Shown one piece after another: positions 62,832-64,000 of a stretch of DNA of 64,000 bases (its first letter is position 1; each line of letters opens with the position of its first letter). The notes under the pieces were generated by a model that was not told the DNA's origin, did no database searches, and was given only the letters and a program-made list of their open reading frames with translations. A program made the position numbers and the translations under genes. Origin of the DNA: Dendrobates tinctorius (taxonomy: Eukaryota). The stretch lies in NCBI RefSeq assembly GCF_039654945.1, contig NW_027362028.1:1984001-2048000 (forward strand), written 5' to 3'.

Positions 62832-64000
62832 CACTCCCTGACAGAAGTTATGTCGCTTATCCATGTTCTGTCGCTTATCCCTGACGTTAAATTCATCCAT
62901 TGGTTGTATAAATTACTCTTTTGAAAGCTGAAACACTCCGAAATGTGGTTTAGCTTAAGAAAATAAATTGCCATCAATGCAGAAATATTGATCATTTAAT
63001 GGACAGAGAATGGTCAGATTTTGGCAAGACAAAAGTTTTGTCGGCCACAGACAGTAATGTGATATTCCAACAAATAATTAACTTAAAATACAAATATATG
63101 CTGCATAACATTGGTGAATGAAGTTGTGGTGCTATTAGAATCATATTTAATATTTTGTGTGACTTCCATGAGCTTGAAGGACTGCATCCATGCGGTTCAA
63201 CAAGGATTCATACAATTTATTAATGAAGTCATCAGGAATAGCACAGAATGCAGTCGCACATGCCTCCCAGAGTTCATCTAGATTCTTTGGTTTTGTCTTC
63301 CAAGCTTCCTCTTTCATCCTACCCCAAACATGCTCAATGATGTTCATGTCTGGTGACTGGGCTGGCCAGTCCTTGAGCACCTTGATCTTTTTTGCCTGGA
63401 GGAACTTTGTTGTAGAGATGGATGTATGAGATGGAGCACCATCCTGCTGCAGAATTTGGCCCCTTTTATGATTTGGAATATATGAGGTAGCTAATACTTC
63501 TTGATATTTTAGGCTATTGATATTGCCTTCCACCTTGCAAATGTTTCGCACACCCCCATACTGAATGTAATCCCAGACCATGATCTTTCCACCACCAAAT
63601 TTAACTGTTTTCTGGGTGTATTTTGGATCCATACGGGCTCCAGTAGGTCTCCTGCAGTATTTGGGGTGGCTGTGGTGTAATTCTATTGAAGATTCATCAG
63701 AGAATTCCACCTTCTGCCTCTTTTCCAGCGTCCATCTGTTTAGCAGGCTGTGGGACTTTGCAAATGCCACACGGTTTTTTATTTGCCTTTTGTTTAGTGC
63801 TGGCTTCTGGGCACTGATTCGACCATGGAGGCCATTTCGAGACAGAATCCTATAAACTGTTCTAGGTGACACAGGGACTTGAGGTGACCAGGCCTGCTGG
63901 AGCTCTGCTGCAGTGGAAGAGGGGCTTGCTTTGGATTTTCTAACCAACAAACGTTCCTCCTGAGCAGATGTCTTGCGGGGTCTGCCGGACCTGGGCTTGC
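62832..64000 (-). mobile_element. Tc1-class element, DD35E (Traveler-type); transposase ORF from 63147 to the window edge
   Basis: GRPR motif, FSDESS, QQDGAPSH, SPDMNIIE with 35-residue D-E spacing; TA-CACTCCC end. Confidence 0.88.

Overview
Vertebrate genomic DNA, most likely from a frog (inferred from the repeat families and protein sequences). Two complete protein-coding genes lie on the minus strand in the same order as human 5p13. PRKAA1 (AMPK alpha-1) has 9 coding exons over 9915-25394 and encodes 552 aa. RPL37 has 4 exons over 41787-48360, encodes 97 aa, has a 5'-TOP, and hosts two SNORD72 copies. A CpG-rich orphan promoter at about 6.0-6.4 kb may be the 5' end of the next gene. The rest is dense in repeats: about ten minisatellites, L2 and CR1 LINEs, V-SINEs, Gypsy/ERV remnants, Tc1-class elements of three catalytic spacings (DD34E, DD35E, DD38E), TTAA and Harbinger MITEs, and Penelope-like fold-backs. 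Main highlights: (1) a 4.16-kb Harbinger element with no transposase that carries an intact 8-exon, 660-aa MADF gene with a newly duplicated exon and intron; (2) the same 40-bp minisatellite in inverted orientation on both sides of PRKAA1 exons 3-7, a circRNA-like architecture whose unit also carries a CTCF-like motif; (3) a rewired AMPK ST-loop and a stop-free in-frame 69-nt intron; (4) a 1-kb fold-back beside SNORD72 in RPL37 intron 3. All exon boundaries were read by eye from GT-AG signals and frame continuity; no database searches were run.
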